Numbered from the stretch's first letter, positions 1 to 14,028 are shown. The stretch: 64,000 bases of DNA from Tubiluchus corallicola (GCA_030141605.1 JAQGDQ010000487.1:1-64000); one strand, 5' to 3'. Notes: a model not told the origin generated them from the sequence alone. A program made the numbers and translations.

Positions 1-1187
1 CAGGACAAAGAGCTACACGATCCTGTTACTTCAGCGCCTTCCAGCTACAGGCATGATCCAAGAGCAGTTGAAAGCAATGAGTTTTGCCTAAAGACACCTA
101 GTGAATATTATGAGGTGAGACAAGTCTGTTTGCAGTAATTGTCTAAATTGTATTACTACGCAGATTAATCAAGCCGCTGCTTTCTGCAATTTTATAAAAT
201 AATGACTACCGTGACTTTTATTGTAAAAACTATATATATATTAGTAAGTTTGCCAGAAATGAAATACCCCCCCCCCAACGGCTTCGTTTGGGTATTCCTG
301 AAAGGAAATTCATGAAAATTTGTTGTTAAAGCAATACCAGACCCAATCTTAAACTGTAAGTCAAAACAATCGACTCTTCAAAATATTGAAAAGAAACATA
401 CTATTTTCTTCAAAAATGACTTGCGTGAAGGAATTATTACCACACAAATACAATTTCACGTTCGCGCCACTAGTTCTTCGCTGTTACATGCATTTGGAAA
501 TTCGTTAGTTAGACGCGTCCCAGCGCCTGCACTTCGGAAACGCATTGCACAAAACTGTACTTCAATTTTCTCTTTCACAAACACGTGCAACAAGCTCGTG
601 GAATATTTTTGCTGTTGAAAATTACGTTAGTTTAAGATGTCATCAATAGTTAGCTCGCCTTCGGTTAATTAAGTATCTATTATAAAATTTAATTATCAGC
701 ATTCTGTAATGACTTAATTTGCAGTATTGTGTTAAACTGCATATTGTATGGGGTAGTATACGAAAAATCATCCTGTGTTCTTTTAAGCACCTGTTTGTAA
801 TAACTTGCATACGTGCTTATGAAAAACACTTGTTTTTAGGCGCCATTACCGTCTAAGCCCTCACAAATACGCCCAGGTGAAGCAATTTATGAAAATGCGT
901 GCTATGAGCCAGAAAGTCAACAGTGCACCTCTCCCTCAAGAGCGGAAATATCACCGCCGGTCGCACGTTACAATGAGAAACCACTGCAACTAGAGAACCG
1001 CCTAAATGGGCCAGGAGAAAACCGGCAAAGTGAGACAAGCAGCACCAGAGGATACGTGCCGATGTCACCTGACCTTTCCAAGAGACATTTCTACGTAAAT
1101 GTCTCACAAATCACACCATATACGAAAAACACCTATGAGAAGGAAAACCATTTTTACATGAATCAAGCGCAGGCAAGAATTAGTTAA
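1..1187 (+). CDS. 3' end (last two visible exons) of a signalling receptor or adaptor with a Tyr-motif-rich disordered tail
   Basis: Exon <1..114 (QDKELHDPV...PSEYYE, donor GAG|gtgaga) splices in phase 0 to exon 840..1187 (tttttag|GCG; APLPSKP...IYEN...GYVPMSP...FYVNV...FYMNQAQARIS*). The ORF track misses it because there is no start codon in the window. Confidence 0.7.
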
Positions 1188-4021
1188 CTGTAAAACACGG
1201 GCCAGCAGTTGATAACTTAGTAACTTATACTTTGTCCGTTTATGTATTGTCTTTCGAATACTAATAAAAATGTATAAGGTAAGATTTTCACACTATTCTA
1301 AGTAACTGCAACAGATCGGAGACGTGTACAAAATGTATAATTTATAAGAACCCAGTGTTCTGCTACAGTATATTATTCCTATACCTAAATAAAATTTTGT
1401 GAAGTGCAGATTTTGATTTTCGAACATGTAGCCATTGTATATATACATGTATAAACATATGAATGTAGACATAGAAATAAATTGTACATATAATTATTAC
1501 ACAGATCTGGTTTTTATCACAGAATGAAAATTTATTAGATCACAATATTGTTTTTGTTATGAAACAGTATAATTGGGTTTTTTTATACCTAGATTTTTTG
1601 GGCCCAAGCATGAAGACATTTACACCATCTTTGCTTGTCCATCTCGGAAGAATATCCTTGGTACTGAGCTAGGTTCTGTTCTACAAAGGCCGCAGAATTT
1701 TCGTGTTCAAACAAGAAATTTTTTGCTCACTCACCCGTTGCCATAAAGACTATAATACACAATAATATTCAATAATCTTTATTTGTTAATAAGTGAACTA
1801 TATTTATTAACAGTAAAGATTAATTCGTCCGAGTTAATTTTCTGCTAACTGAGATTGCCCGACTTGTAGAAAAAGATGCAGGCGATCTTTGGCTGGACAA
1901 CGCACAAAACTGATATTACATTTAGAAAATTGGAAATTAGCCAGTGGCAGGACCAGCGCAAAATGTTAGACCTAACATATAGATCAAGTTAAAGCTTCAG
2001 ATGTTTTACAGTACTAGGTTTCCATCATTTAATACAGGAAGTCATATGTAGGTGAAAATGACACCCCATATAAAGTTAACATCTTATACAAGGTTAACTT
2101 GCATAAATTCCTTGTACATAATAGACACATGTAAGCAGGTAGTCTCTTTGTGTCTTCACCACACTCTTGGTAAACATTTTATTTGTATGTTTTTTGCCAA
2201 CATGTTTTATATTATATTCTTTTTATTGCAGGCTGCATTGTTTACTATAGGGTGATATATTAATGATACAGAAATCCAACTCTATCATTACCATCTATCA
2301 TCTAGTATGAAAATCTAGCAGGTAAAGAAAATTTTCATTTGTAATAAGATTCCATAAGTGCTTAAAGTAAAAGTGCAAATAAGTCTGAGTAACTGTAACT
2401 TGGCATTACAATGCTTTGATATGGATGCAAAGATTTCATTTTAACAGATGGCAGCATTAGCATCTGCCACAAAACAGGAACTTTCGAAGATTATACAGCA
2501 ACAAACAAAATACAGAACACGTATACAATTTTTATAGATACACGTATACATATGTTGCTATACATATTAGATAATTTAGAAAAACAAAAAAATTGTCTAA
2601 GCATTTATAAAAATCTTTCTGCCTATTTCATTAATTGCTTTACTCTGTACCATTAAGAATTCTCCATGATCTAAGTGTCCATTTATCATACATACCACAA
2701 GCTATAGTGCCTTATATCATTGCTTTACTGTTGAACAAACAAACATTCTTAACAATTTTTGTCTAAATGACAACAGTAAAAAGAAAACAAGACTCATATA
2801 TGTGGTTCATAAAATAAAATATATTTGCCAAAATGTATACTTAGGTCACCACTGGGTGAGCTATGGACAATTACAGTTTGTATCAGTGCCGTCACATTAT
2901 ATACCTGTTACATCAAAGCAGAGTTTCCTTGGTAACACTGAAAAAAAGCTGCAAGAATTTTGAATTACATAAGTTATACATGTAATGACATCTAGCCTAA
3001 TAATATAATAAAGTGTATAACCCAAATATTGTAAGATAACAAATTACAAAATAAAACAAATCGAATATAAAACTTGTTAAAAAACAAGATTAGTGACAAC
3101 ACACAATAATTTTGATTGCTAACTATTAATAACATACATTTGTTTAAATACATTATTATCAATAACTTAGGCCATGCACTAATCATATTTCATGAAATAA
3201 ATTTTTGGAATGTAATGGCAACATTTTATAAAAAAATGACATTTGCCCAAATGGCATTGTTTACTGTCACAACATTCACTACTAAATAGAAAAGCTTTTT
3301 AGATCATGGTTAATTTTACTTATTGTCTAAACTATATACTTTTTACCTAAAATTATGTAACTGCAAAAAAATTTCTGATCTAAATAAAAACTTAGAAATT
3401 CATTTAACAGTGAATCAGTGCAGCCATAGTTGGAAATCGCTCACATGGGTAATCTTGTACGTGTTTGACAATACTAAGGTGTCATAGAAAAAAGCAAACT
3501 GTACATAATTACGAATTTCAAGTTTATCATTGGTATAGTAGTGATTTTGTGATGGCTGCCATAAATAATTTGTCTGCATTTTCTCCAGACGCTGGAAACA
3601 GGTGCTGTTATACGTCAATGTTTGTGTGCTGCACTGAAAAGCTAACAAAAATCAACTTCCAGCATAAGAACTTTTCAATATAATATTACTATCGGTATAA
3701 TAGTAATAAAATACAGAAACGGTAATGGCATTTCAGACTGAAGATCATTTCACATATATTAATCAAAAATTGAGCATTTTAAATTTGTTGGGTGTTTTAC
3801 TTCAAATTTATTACAATCCAGCAGTTATAAAAATCCGGGGTCTTATTTTACGCATGTATCTTTATTACATGCACATGCAAAAGTACTTCATTCCAGCAGA
3901 TGTTTTACTTAGAAGGATTAAGGTTATTAATTTAAGCTCTTATATAAACAAGCTGCAAAAAACAAATTTTAACTTTTTCATTTTTCTTCAAATTGCTCTT
4001 CTTCTTGCAAAATGCAGTTTA

Positions 4022-7000
4022 TTAGTCCCAGTCATCATCATCATCAGGTCTAGAGACAGTGACAGGCTCTGGAATCATAGCTGAGATGCGGTCCATGGCC
4101 GAGCCGCCACCTGTTGGAGTTGAGGGTGTTGTCTGGTCATCTAGTGTATCACTTCTGCCTTTTGTTCCTGAAAATCATTAATGCAACTAAAAAATTTTTA
4201 AACACGTACTTGTAAAACGACCACAGTTTGGTGTAGTTACTTAAAATTGCTTAGTATGAGAACTAGACGGGTTCATAAGCGGTGCAACTTTGGTATTTGG
4301 CAAAGTAAAAACCTATTTGGTCTTGATATGTGCTCAGTTATGAAATTAAGCATAGTAAGGCTTGTTTGTGTGTTTCATGTGTAATACTTAATCCAGGTGT
4401 TTTCTCATTGGGAAAGGAGTCACACCCATCTGACCAAACCAATGTGGCCTTTACATGAAAACGGCACAAGTTGAATCCAGCCACTAAACAATTAACGAAT
4501 AACAATAGTGGCATTCGTCCACAGCTAGCCAGCTCTTGAGGAGGCTGAGAACACTGTTGAGCTGTTGCATTATGTGCTGGGATGACCATCAGGCATGCAA
4601 TTAAATTTGCTCGTTTTCAGTACTGTTTCATCATTTTGCTCAACACTGTTGCCATGTTTTTCCAACACCAATTTTTCTCAGACGTCCTGCCACTTCAGCA
4701 AACAGTTTCCAATTCCTTTGCCTTCTACTATCTAACACATTAACAAAATCCAAATGTCCAAAAAAATTTATGCGAGTGTTTACCCACTGCTGACCTGTTT
4801 CAGCAGCCATGGTGATTTAACATGTTTTGGCAGTTTTCCGGCACAAATCTACCCAAATGAATATTCCGGCAGCGTAACGCTAACCTGTTTAACACGTGCC
4901 TGAATGGGGTAAGCCTGTTTCAAAGTTGACTTGCCACAATCGCTATTAGTTTACTGAACAATAGGGTTTGCATACGGATATGTTTTCATGTAAAAGCCAT
5001 ACAACATACCACCTGCCTGTTCACTGTTTTGCCTTGGAGTATTTTCCTTGCTAATACACTAGATTGCGGTCTTGCCACAACCATGAACATTGCATTACTC
5101 ACTGCTTAATCAGGCAGAGAATATTTTTGGAGCACATGGAATTGCACTAAAAAGGTGGTGGAACTTTTGGAGGCTAAAATCATAAGCAAATTTCACTGTC
5201 TTGTCTGATTACAGAAGTAGAAAATGGTAGACTAAAATAATTTTGTGCATACGAAACATGGTTGTTACGTTAACTTGAACACACTGAAGTTATCTTCAGC
5301 AGAAGAACACATGTATTCCATTGCAGCAAATCATAATTCTTATAATTCCTGTTCAATACAAGTACATGAGTTTCTGGGTGTAAATCTTTCTTTGCAGCAT
5401 TTTTGTGATTTTGTTGGGCATAACCAGAAAAATCATTCAATCAGCATTTTAGACATTGCATCTGATCTTGAAATGCCACCCACGGTCAAATGTGGCAAAA
5501 ATTGCATCTAACTTGTGCTTTTCAACTTTCAAGAAATATTAAAAATGATTAATAGAGGTGAAATGTGACATTGCCAATCAAAAGCCCCAATACAGTTTCT
5601 ACATGCACCGATTGATTATTTAATTTTTAGGAGAAACCACACTCTGCTTTACCTTTACCTGTTAACTTTCAGCAAAGATTTTAATGCTCAACTTAGAGAC
5701 TGTACACAGGCACTTACACAAACACACATACAAATACACCCATGTGAACCCCCTACAAGGTATCTACATGTGTATGAAAACAACTATAATAACAGCCAGA
5801 AGAGTGATAAGCAAAACAGAGCATGTTGCATCTGCAAAACCAACAAACAGTAATACCTGTACATAATGAAAACTTACTTCAACATGCACTGTAGATTGTC
5901 AATAACATGTATACAAAAACTAACTAGATTTCACATAACATAACTGCTGTGTTACGTACCTGATATACCCTTTCTCCGGCGAACCAGTTGCTTCTGGAGG
6001 TCACTCATCAGATCTCCTCCAGATGCTCCAGAAGCCTGCTCCTCCTTCTTTCGTTTAGTCTCTTTTTTTCGCTCGTGCACGCTTTTCAATTTTGCCTTGT
6101 CTTTTCCACCGGTCTAAATAAACACAAAACCAGCAAAAAGCAACTGTTAAAATTCGTTAGAAGAAATACAACTGCTGAAGACATAATAGTTAAATTAACT
6201 TTAAGTGACAGAAAAATTACTGTTGCTAATAAACATGGCTACTAAATGTGATATACAAACGAGGTGGATGAGATTTAAGCTGCATAGTTGTTGACTGACA
6301 TTCTCGTCTTTGCAAAGAAATCTACGCAAGTCACGAGAGCACCTGGAAGATGATTGTACAACCAGACTGAAAACTTTCATTGTTTGATTTATGTGACTGC
6401 ATTAAATAATATGTATTCACAAGAATTCTGTATTTTTTCCAAACTCCTCCAGGAAGTTCCTCTGCATCTTGATCCATTTATATCTTTCTTAGTTCTTCAA
6501 TAACAAATGTAGAAATAACTTGTTATACATGCATGAAGAAACAGAAGGTGAAAATGTCAATGGGAATTTTACAAATTGTTCAATTTTTACAGAAATTGTT
6601 TTAGAAAAAGTATATGAAATATATGACGATGTAAAGTTCTTATTATTTAAATTCAATGTGCTGAAACAAGTAGGTGTATACATATAGCATTTATAACATG
6701 CAAGTCAAGATTGTGGACACTTGCTAGAGACAGCGTACCCGTCTGATTTGCTCCATAAGTGATGATCGTGCATCGCCTGGTGAAGACACTTCCTTGGGTA
6801 CAGCTTCTGGTGTGCTAGGAAGAGCGTCACCTGGTGGAGGAGGAGGGGGAGGTGGAGGAAGTCCCGAAGGCGGTGGCGGTGGTGGAGGGGGTGGTGTTGC
6901 AGCAGGGGGAGGAGGAGGCGGCGGCGGTGGTGGAAGAGCATGTTCAACCGGTGTAGTTGGGAGTGGCGGAAGTCCTGGGTCCGACAAAGATGGCGGTAGG

Positions 7001-9953
7001 AGAGTTGGTTCTGGAAGCTCTGGCTCAACTGGTGGTAGATCTGGTAGAAGCCCAGTAACCGAGGGTGCAATTGATGGTCCTAAATCAGCACTGTACAGCA
7101 CATCAGCTATACCTAAACATACGTAAAAAATGCAACAATACATGGAAAATTAAAAACAGTGGCTGCCAAATTTAAGTTTTTTTAACAGTAACATGTTATC
7201 ATCACCAGTTAACAGTTTAATAAAAATAAGTGTTATTTTGTTGTATTAAAGGAAGAACCAACCCTCAAACAAAATTTACTATGTTTTAATATACAATCAA
7301 AAATATTGAAATCACCACAGAAGATATGTACATAGAATGCTTTGCCTAAAAATGTAAAAGAAATTTAAATATTTTTTATCACCCGCCAAACGAACGCCAC
7401 TGCTGGCATATTTGAAAAAAATTATGTAAGTTGGTGACTTTTGGGCAGCGTGAATGCTGTGAAGGCAACCTGTGATGAAGGGTAGGCATTGAGAAATTTC
7501 TACAGTTCACTCAGAAGTTCAGTTGTTCAAGTGTTGTGTTTAAGTGTGTTTATGTAAAAATTAGTCAAATAATCAATTACGACCAAGATTAAAGTGGTTA
7601 CATAGCTTTAATCTATATTATTATACTGTAAAATGTGTAGCATACACTATAAATTATAAAATGTATAAGTAGTATACACTAATTGTGTATATATAATTAA
7701 TTTACAGACTTTTGTTGACATTCAGATACACATGTAAACTTGCGAGCATACAGTAGGTACTGGATGGGTTATTCAGTTTATAAAGTTTGCTCTAAAAGTA
7801 AAAAAAGATTGCTGAAGCACTTGGCAGAAAAAATGTTAATATTGCACGGTAACCAGATGATGCCATTTTTCATCAAAATGAGCGAGCCCAAGAGTGAATT
7901 AATCACGATTTAAATTGAAATTGTAAATTACACAAGGTGCTTCTCACAATTTCATTGGTGATTTGCATTTTTTTCAAATATTAGAATAAGCTCAACTTCT
8001 CGAGAGACTTGGCTTTTGCTTTAAATGCCAAATGAGTCACAGAAGCAGACTATGTAGTCTAATTTCTATTTTTGCATCGTCTTCTAGTTAGTCTAGTGTG
8101 ATTTTAGACAAGCAAATTTTAATGTGTGAACAATATACATTGTCCAGTCATTGACCAATGACAAAAAATAATAAAAAAATTTCATTAAGTTGAATATCTC
8201 TTGTGAGTAACATGCTTTAGCAACAACAAGAACTGCAAGCATTAAATTACCACTACCATCAAACTTACTTCTAGCATCTCAATGTAAAAGAAATTATATT
8301 AGTCCCCTGCCAAATTATTTCAGATGTGACAAACATTTTAATAATATGTTTTACGCAAAATTACATGTCCTACAATTGAACTACAAGATTAATAAAAATG
8401 ATGGATTAGTACCTGGAAGATCAGGTAAATCTGAAGGCAAATCAAACACTGGGACATCTCCAAGACCTGGATGGTAAAAATAGTCATCTATGGCAGGTCG
8501 TGACATCTGCTCTCTTTCTGTAATGGTAACAGGAGCCTCTCCCAAACCATCATCCTCTTCTCGTTCCATAGTGGCACGTGTTTTTGTCACAGCCCCCAAT
8601 GGATCAAGCATAACATATTTCTTGTACCTAAAATTGGTTACTTTATTAGCCACACAAACAGAATTTTAAGCAAAAATAATTAATGAGTGTAACCATTTTT
8701 GTATGAAGAAATTAATAATCAATAGTATAAAGTAGTGTCAACACATATCAGCAATATCTATTCTGCAAAACCAATCTAATCTGTGCATGACTTCAAGTAC
8801 AATGTCTTGATGCTTTAGCCTATTATTACTGAACAGTAAGAGATCTAGTGGATGTTAAGTTCACAAGAGATTTGACATCATCATGTCCGCGTGAAGCTCC
8901 TGACAGAACATGTTTGGAGCTAGCCACATAATGTACAGTTTTTACATATTTCAGATTGAAAAGCAAAACTTACTTAGATTTTAATATGATAAGAATAAAG
9001 GCTAGATCAGAAATGTGACATACAATTAAACAAGTTTATAAGTACAGTGTAATAGCAGTTTTTGATCACACTGCAAGTCTCTTGTAGAGCTCTGTCAACA
9101 TTACTCATCTCCACAGAAGATTATATATTTAGTATGCTGAATACTGTTATATGTAAGATTTTGTAAAGAAAATAACACTGATGTTATGTTAAGGTATAAA
9201 TAAAAAGGTAAAGGTAAAAACCGATCTACTGAAAAAATTATCACAAGTGCTTCATAAATAACCCACTACCTAATAAGATTTGTTAAATTTTTATTAGGAA
9301 AACTCAAAGTTTCTATTACACACTAGTGCAGGTGTATTTACTTAAGGTAAAATGCAACACAAAAATAATAGAGCTACACGTGGTCAATAATAAAAAAGTA
9401 AAAAAATCACTTACGGATTTTCAGCAGTGTTGAAGAGTAATAATGAGCTGATAGAAGAAATGTTGTCTGGAAGTCTTCCTAAACCTTCTCCTTCCTCTTC
9501 GTGCTTTTTTCTTGGCCGCACAGAAAATTTTCCCATTTCAAAGTTTGCTTTAAACTTGGAGCCATCTTGCACAGCATCTTTACTTTTCAGTTTAGCAGAA
9601 TGACGAATCATAGGTTTAAAGTGTTCATCTTCAATGAACAAAGATTTACAGTCACTAGGAACATCATCACAAGGATATTTTGCACTAGAAAACACTTGTA
9701 TGGCTTTGTTGCTTCCTCTGATCATGTTGATCTTTGCTTGAGCAACATCGGCCCTTTGCCTAAGTGATACAAGCCGCTGTCTGTTCTCAGCAACACGAGC
9801 ACTAATTCGTCCGAAAACGTCACTGAAAATTTTTTCCAGATAATCTAAAGTATCAGCAATTTGTACTATGCTCTCTTCGGTACGCAAGTTTGTTGGTATT
9901 AGCGGCACATTGTAAGGCCTTTCGTGTTCAAGTGTTGGTGGTCTGTCATGCAT
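4022..9953 (-). CDS. WASHC1: WASH complex subunit 1 (WASH1; WAHD domain, polyproline region, VCA)
   Basis: Coding exons 9415..9953, 8413..8627, 6739..7112, 5960..6113 and 4022..4167, all GT-AG and phase-compatible. Motifs: [37 protein letters not shown], poly-Pro, WH2-like RSSLMEQIR, central [15 protein letters not shown], acidic end DDDDDWD*. Confidence 0.95.
7246..8024. mobile_element. possible old TTAA-flanked (Kolobok-like) non-autonomous DNA transposon in a WASH1 intron
   Basis: Left end ttaaaggaagaaccaaccctc versus reverse complement of right end ttaaagcaaaagccaagtctc; only a degenerate inverted match. Confidence 0.25.
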
Positions 9954-10594
9954 CGTGACTTGCAGGAAAAGTAGTTGCCTTCAACGCACTCTTGTAATAA
10001 AAGAAATGAGAACTTTAAACTGGCACTCTAGACTAGTTAAAGGACAACTCTCATAATGTAATTTAGTCACAGACATTTTTATATTACCTAAAAGACAAAA
10101 AAAAAGAACAAAGAAATTCAAAGTACATTTCGAAAAGTAGACAAAAACTATGTTTTATCACTATAGCAGCAATGTTACTCATCTGAATGGTCGGGTTGAG
10201 AGAAAAAGTAGTACCTATTTAAACAATTCTTGCCAAAGCAATGATTTATACAAGCTACCATGATGTTAGTAACCTAAGAAGTCCAGTGTGTACTATTGGT
10301 TTTTCACCCACGTTTTACAAACTGTATGTAGGAATTAACAAACACGACTGTCCGACTGTGACCAGTAGTCAAGATTTATACAGCACCAGGGCAGCAAAAT
10401 TGTATGCAGATGATATACACTTCCAGCGGTACTAACACGGTTTTTCAGTGGTAGGTTTATCTGAAAATTCAACTATCCTTTACGTTACAGTGTGGAACAT
10501 GCATGTGTATAAGTTTCCATAAATTATATAATATAAGACTACAAGTAATTTTTTAGTCAAAAGCTCCAAGTAAATCAGTGGGTATTTTTTTCAA

Positions 10595-10757
10595 ATTAAT
10601 TAGTTAGATCATGACTGTGATTGCCAGAGTTTATTAAACATTGCACGTTATTTTAAATAATTATTACCCATTACGGTAATAATGAGTTATATTTGTTAAA
10701 ATAAGCCATAATAGTTTATAAACTCCGGCAATCACAATAATCATCTAACTAATTAAT
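10595..10757. repeat. imperfect fold-back inverted repeat (MITE-like)
   Basis: attaattagttagatcatgactgtgattgccagagtttat pairs with ataaactccggcaatcacaataatcatctaactaattaat (arms of about 40 bp). Confidence 0.6.
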
Positions 10758-11240
10758 GAAAGCAGTCTAGATAAACTTTGATTAATAAAATTCATTTTGA
10801 TCAATACGTCATATTATTTTATGGTATATATGGAAATTTGTTTTATCCATTTTGTTATTCATCAAGATGTTATCCAAATTTTAAATAATCCTTAACCAAA
10901 CTAACAAAAAATTCTGTAAGTTAATACAAAATTGAAATTAATTTTTAATTGAAAATCAATGAATGATTTATAACACTTTACACACTATTTAAACTTTCAT
11001 TGTGCATGTACAAATATACACTGCCAAGCTTGGCTTTTTCTGTCCCGGTTATACATGATGATAATAAAACATGACAAGGTTTACATTTTTATAATCCTAA
11101 ATAAAGGTACATTATTAAGATGTAGAAATGTGCTGTACAAGAAACAAATATTCAGTTAGCCACATAATTAGAAGGAAAATTAAAGAAATATTTCTGAAAG
11201 ACTGATTTAGTTATTACATTCAATATTAAATCACAAAATG

Positions 11241-12629
11241 TTATAGAACAACATGATAGTCTTGAGTGATCCAAAATTCATCTAAGATTTGTCCATTTAC
11301 TGCCAAAACCTGCTCCCAATGTAAATGCGTGGCATTATAAACCCGAAGTCGTCCATATCCATACAGCCCTGGCAGCCAAGCACGGAATGCCGACCACTCT
11401 CCTCGAGGCCCTAGTATTGGGTCAAAGCAATAGCCTTCCCTTTCATTACAACCTGGAGATCCCGATAAAACATGCACAGGTGCCTTAGGATTTGTATAGT
11501 TAAATTGTGCCACGGTTTTATTAAAGACAGGCCAGTGACGTTCATAGGAATGTTCGTGACCTTGTATTATTAAATCTACACCATGCGTATAAAACAAGTC
11601 CTCTAAACCATCACGAACTTTAGATGTGTTATGTGTACAGTCATCCTTGTTCATATTTGAACAATACATAGGACGGTGGCCAAATGCCACAATCCAGGGC
11701 CTCAGAGAGCGGTTTGACAACTGGGCTGCTTCCTCAAGGTCATTTCTTAACCATTCATACTGTATGCGCTCCCACGCTGCAACACCTGTTTCTGGATAGT
11801 ACACTTCACTAGAGTAACTAATAAAATGAACAGGCCCAAGGTTGAAACTGTACCACATACATGAAAAATCAGCCGGCCACACACAGTTTGGCATGCCAAA
11901 TCGGACTCGGTAGTGCATAAATTCATAATACATCTCACGATTGCCAGGCGCCGTCATATACGGAATCCTAGCAGCTATGTCTTCTATTCGATTCATGAAG
12001 TCGTCTCCCATCTTTCCTTGATCACTATCCAAGTTGTAAGCAAAATCACCAGCATGAATTACACAATCAAAATTTCCAGATTTGGCATCACGTTTCAACC
12101 TCTCCAATGATGGAGAACCATGTATTCGACCCATATCTGCGTATACTAGTAATGCGACACTGTGAACATTAGAATAACTGTTTGTAAGAAATTCATAATG
12201 TCCACTACTTGATGATTTTTTCCCATCACATTCAATAAAATACGAGTATTTTTTAGCAAGCTCCAAACTTGGTAGCACTGCCCTGTAATGGTACGGACAG
12301 CCAGCCCTGTTGCTATACACGAAATTGTACACAACACCTGGTTCAGCGAGTGTATAGTTATTAGGAGCTAAGCCATATCTGACTGAACAGGCAAGAGTAG
12401 GTTGATTCTTGGTTGCCCACATTATAATCATACTGTCGGTCAAATTTCCATAAGCAATATGGATCTGCTCAGGTGTTGCATCATTTAAGAGAGATGTTTT
12501 CTTATTGCTGTTTATAAAGTTGAATGGGTCAAACAGCATTTTCAACAAATTTGGCTCGCTCAACGATTTTTTACAAGTAAAACAGAAAGCTAAGAGAAGA
12601 ATAAGTCTATAACTTGATACAGTACACAT
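11241..12629 (-). CDS. ACP7: purple acid phosphatase, ACP7/PAPL-like, secreted, intronless CDS
   Basis: 462-aa ORF with a signal peptide, FN3-like PEQIHIA, and metal motifs DMG, GDFAY, GN(R)E, FGHRPMY, GHEHSYER; C-terminal YGYGRL...HLHWEQV. Confidence 0.9.
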   Translation of the reverse strand: MCTVSSYRLILLLAFCFTCKKSLSEPNLLKMLFDPFNFINSNKKTSLLNDATPEQIHIAYGNLTDSMIIMWATKNQPTLACSVRYGLAPNNYTLAEPGVVYNFVYSNRAGCPYHYRAVLPSLELAKKYSYFIECDGKKSSSSGHYEFLTNSYSNVHSVALLVYADMGRIHGSPSLERLKRDAKSGNFDCVIHAGDFAYNLDSDQGKMGDDFMNRIEDIAARIPYMTAPGNREMYYEFMHYRVRFGMPNCVWPADFSCMWYSFNLGPVHFISYSSEVYYPETGVAAWERIQYEWLRNDLEEAAQLSNRSLRPWIVAFGHRPMYCSNMNKDDCTHNTSKVRDGLEDLFYTHGVDLIIQGHEHSYERHWPVFNKTVAQFNYTNPKAPVHVLSGSPGCNEREGYCFDPILGPRGEWSAFRAWLPGLYGYGRLRVYNATHLHWEQVLAVNGQILDEFWITQDYHVVL

Positions 12630-14028
12630 TTTACTTATATCTGCTCTGCTATGTTTGCTTTATCAGCAAAAGTTCTTTTTGGTGGTTTTTGTCTGCCGCG
12701 ACTTAAATTTTATCGCCCTCCAATAGGTAATGTTTCAAACTGTAACCATAAGTCTCGAGTAAGTCACGCTTGATCTCACTAATTCGAGTGTTTGTATCTT
12801 TACATCACAAGATCATTAGTAAAATGATGACTGGAAGTTTCTGGATCAATCACAAATCTTGATTCTCACGAGTGTCTATAAACAACAGTAAAATTATCAC
12901 TTAAATTTGTGCAATATACAAAAAAAGATGATATTATTTCAGTTACATATCCTTCCAATATTCGAAGAGCTGAGTTGTCACTGCCAAAGCAAAACAGCGA
13001 ATAGAAACAACCCAGGTGTAAAAGGACGGGCAACTGGTAGGCTTACGCAATTTCATTTCATGCTCTTTTTTACCTGCCATGCCGGGTATTTATCTTATAA
13101 GGACAGGTGACGTATGCATATTCCAAAACCCCAATTAGCATGCCAAGTTCCAATTATTGTACCTAGTAACCGGTTACCACATGAATCACTTATTTACCAT
13201 GCCGAAAACCTTGGAATGTAAAAGGCATTCGTAGATGAAGACACTTACTGAGTCAGCTGAAAGATGATGGATCAGATCAAGTGACTTTGAAGAAAAACAT
13301 TTTAGCGGATAAATTTAATTTAGAAGTCTTAAGGAAACATCTAGGCACTAGAACTTTCACAGGATGAGTTGAAGAAAATATAATGATTTAAATCTTAGTG
13401 ATAAAGGGAATAAGATAATTGAACAAAAGGTAAGGGAAAGGGGTTTACAGCCATAGCAGAAGAAACTTACAACATGTTCTACGGCTAGTAAGAATAATAA
13501 ACAACCTTATTATGAAAGCTGGTTGAATGGTATACATAATACTGAGTTGCCGGTGAAAGCCAGAAATGAATGAAAATAAACTGAAATCTGTTAGTTAAAT
13601 GGAACTTGCTTGCGAATTCTAAAAAACCTAACCATAACATGGATTTTGACGGTCTCTTCTCATCAATTTGCGAAATTAAGGCAGATTTAATGCATCAACA
13701 GTTTTCCGATTGTGTGATAGCTGAACGTGACAGATCTTGTGCGGATTTGAAAATTTACGACATATTTTATTATACTGTTGTGAAAGTAATAACTAATATG
13801 AGTAATATGGCTTGGGAAGGAGTTTCAGACGAAGAACATGTCAGTTATTCCAAAAATATTTATTAAGATAGAAACTTTTCGTTTGTTTCTTATTTTCAGA
13901 CAAAACTGCTACTCGACTGAAAGTAAAAAACAAAATTAGACAAAGTTTGCAAATCCAATCAAAACCAATTAAAACTGAATAATCAGCACTTGCAAATACT
14001 AAAAATTTCTGCTCGCTCTAGTCAATGC

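Noticed and set aside
6794-7126. Gly-rich plus-strand ORF
   Set aside because: It is the antisense shadow of the WASH1 polyproline exon.
13230-13866. Possible LINE 3' relic and an 86-aa ORF
   Set aside because: No motif that I can identify with confidence.
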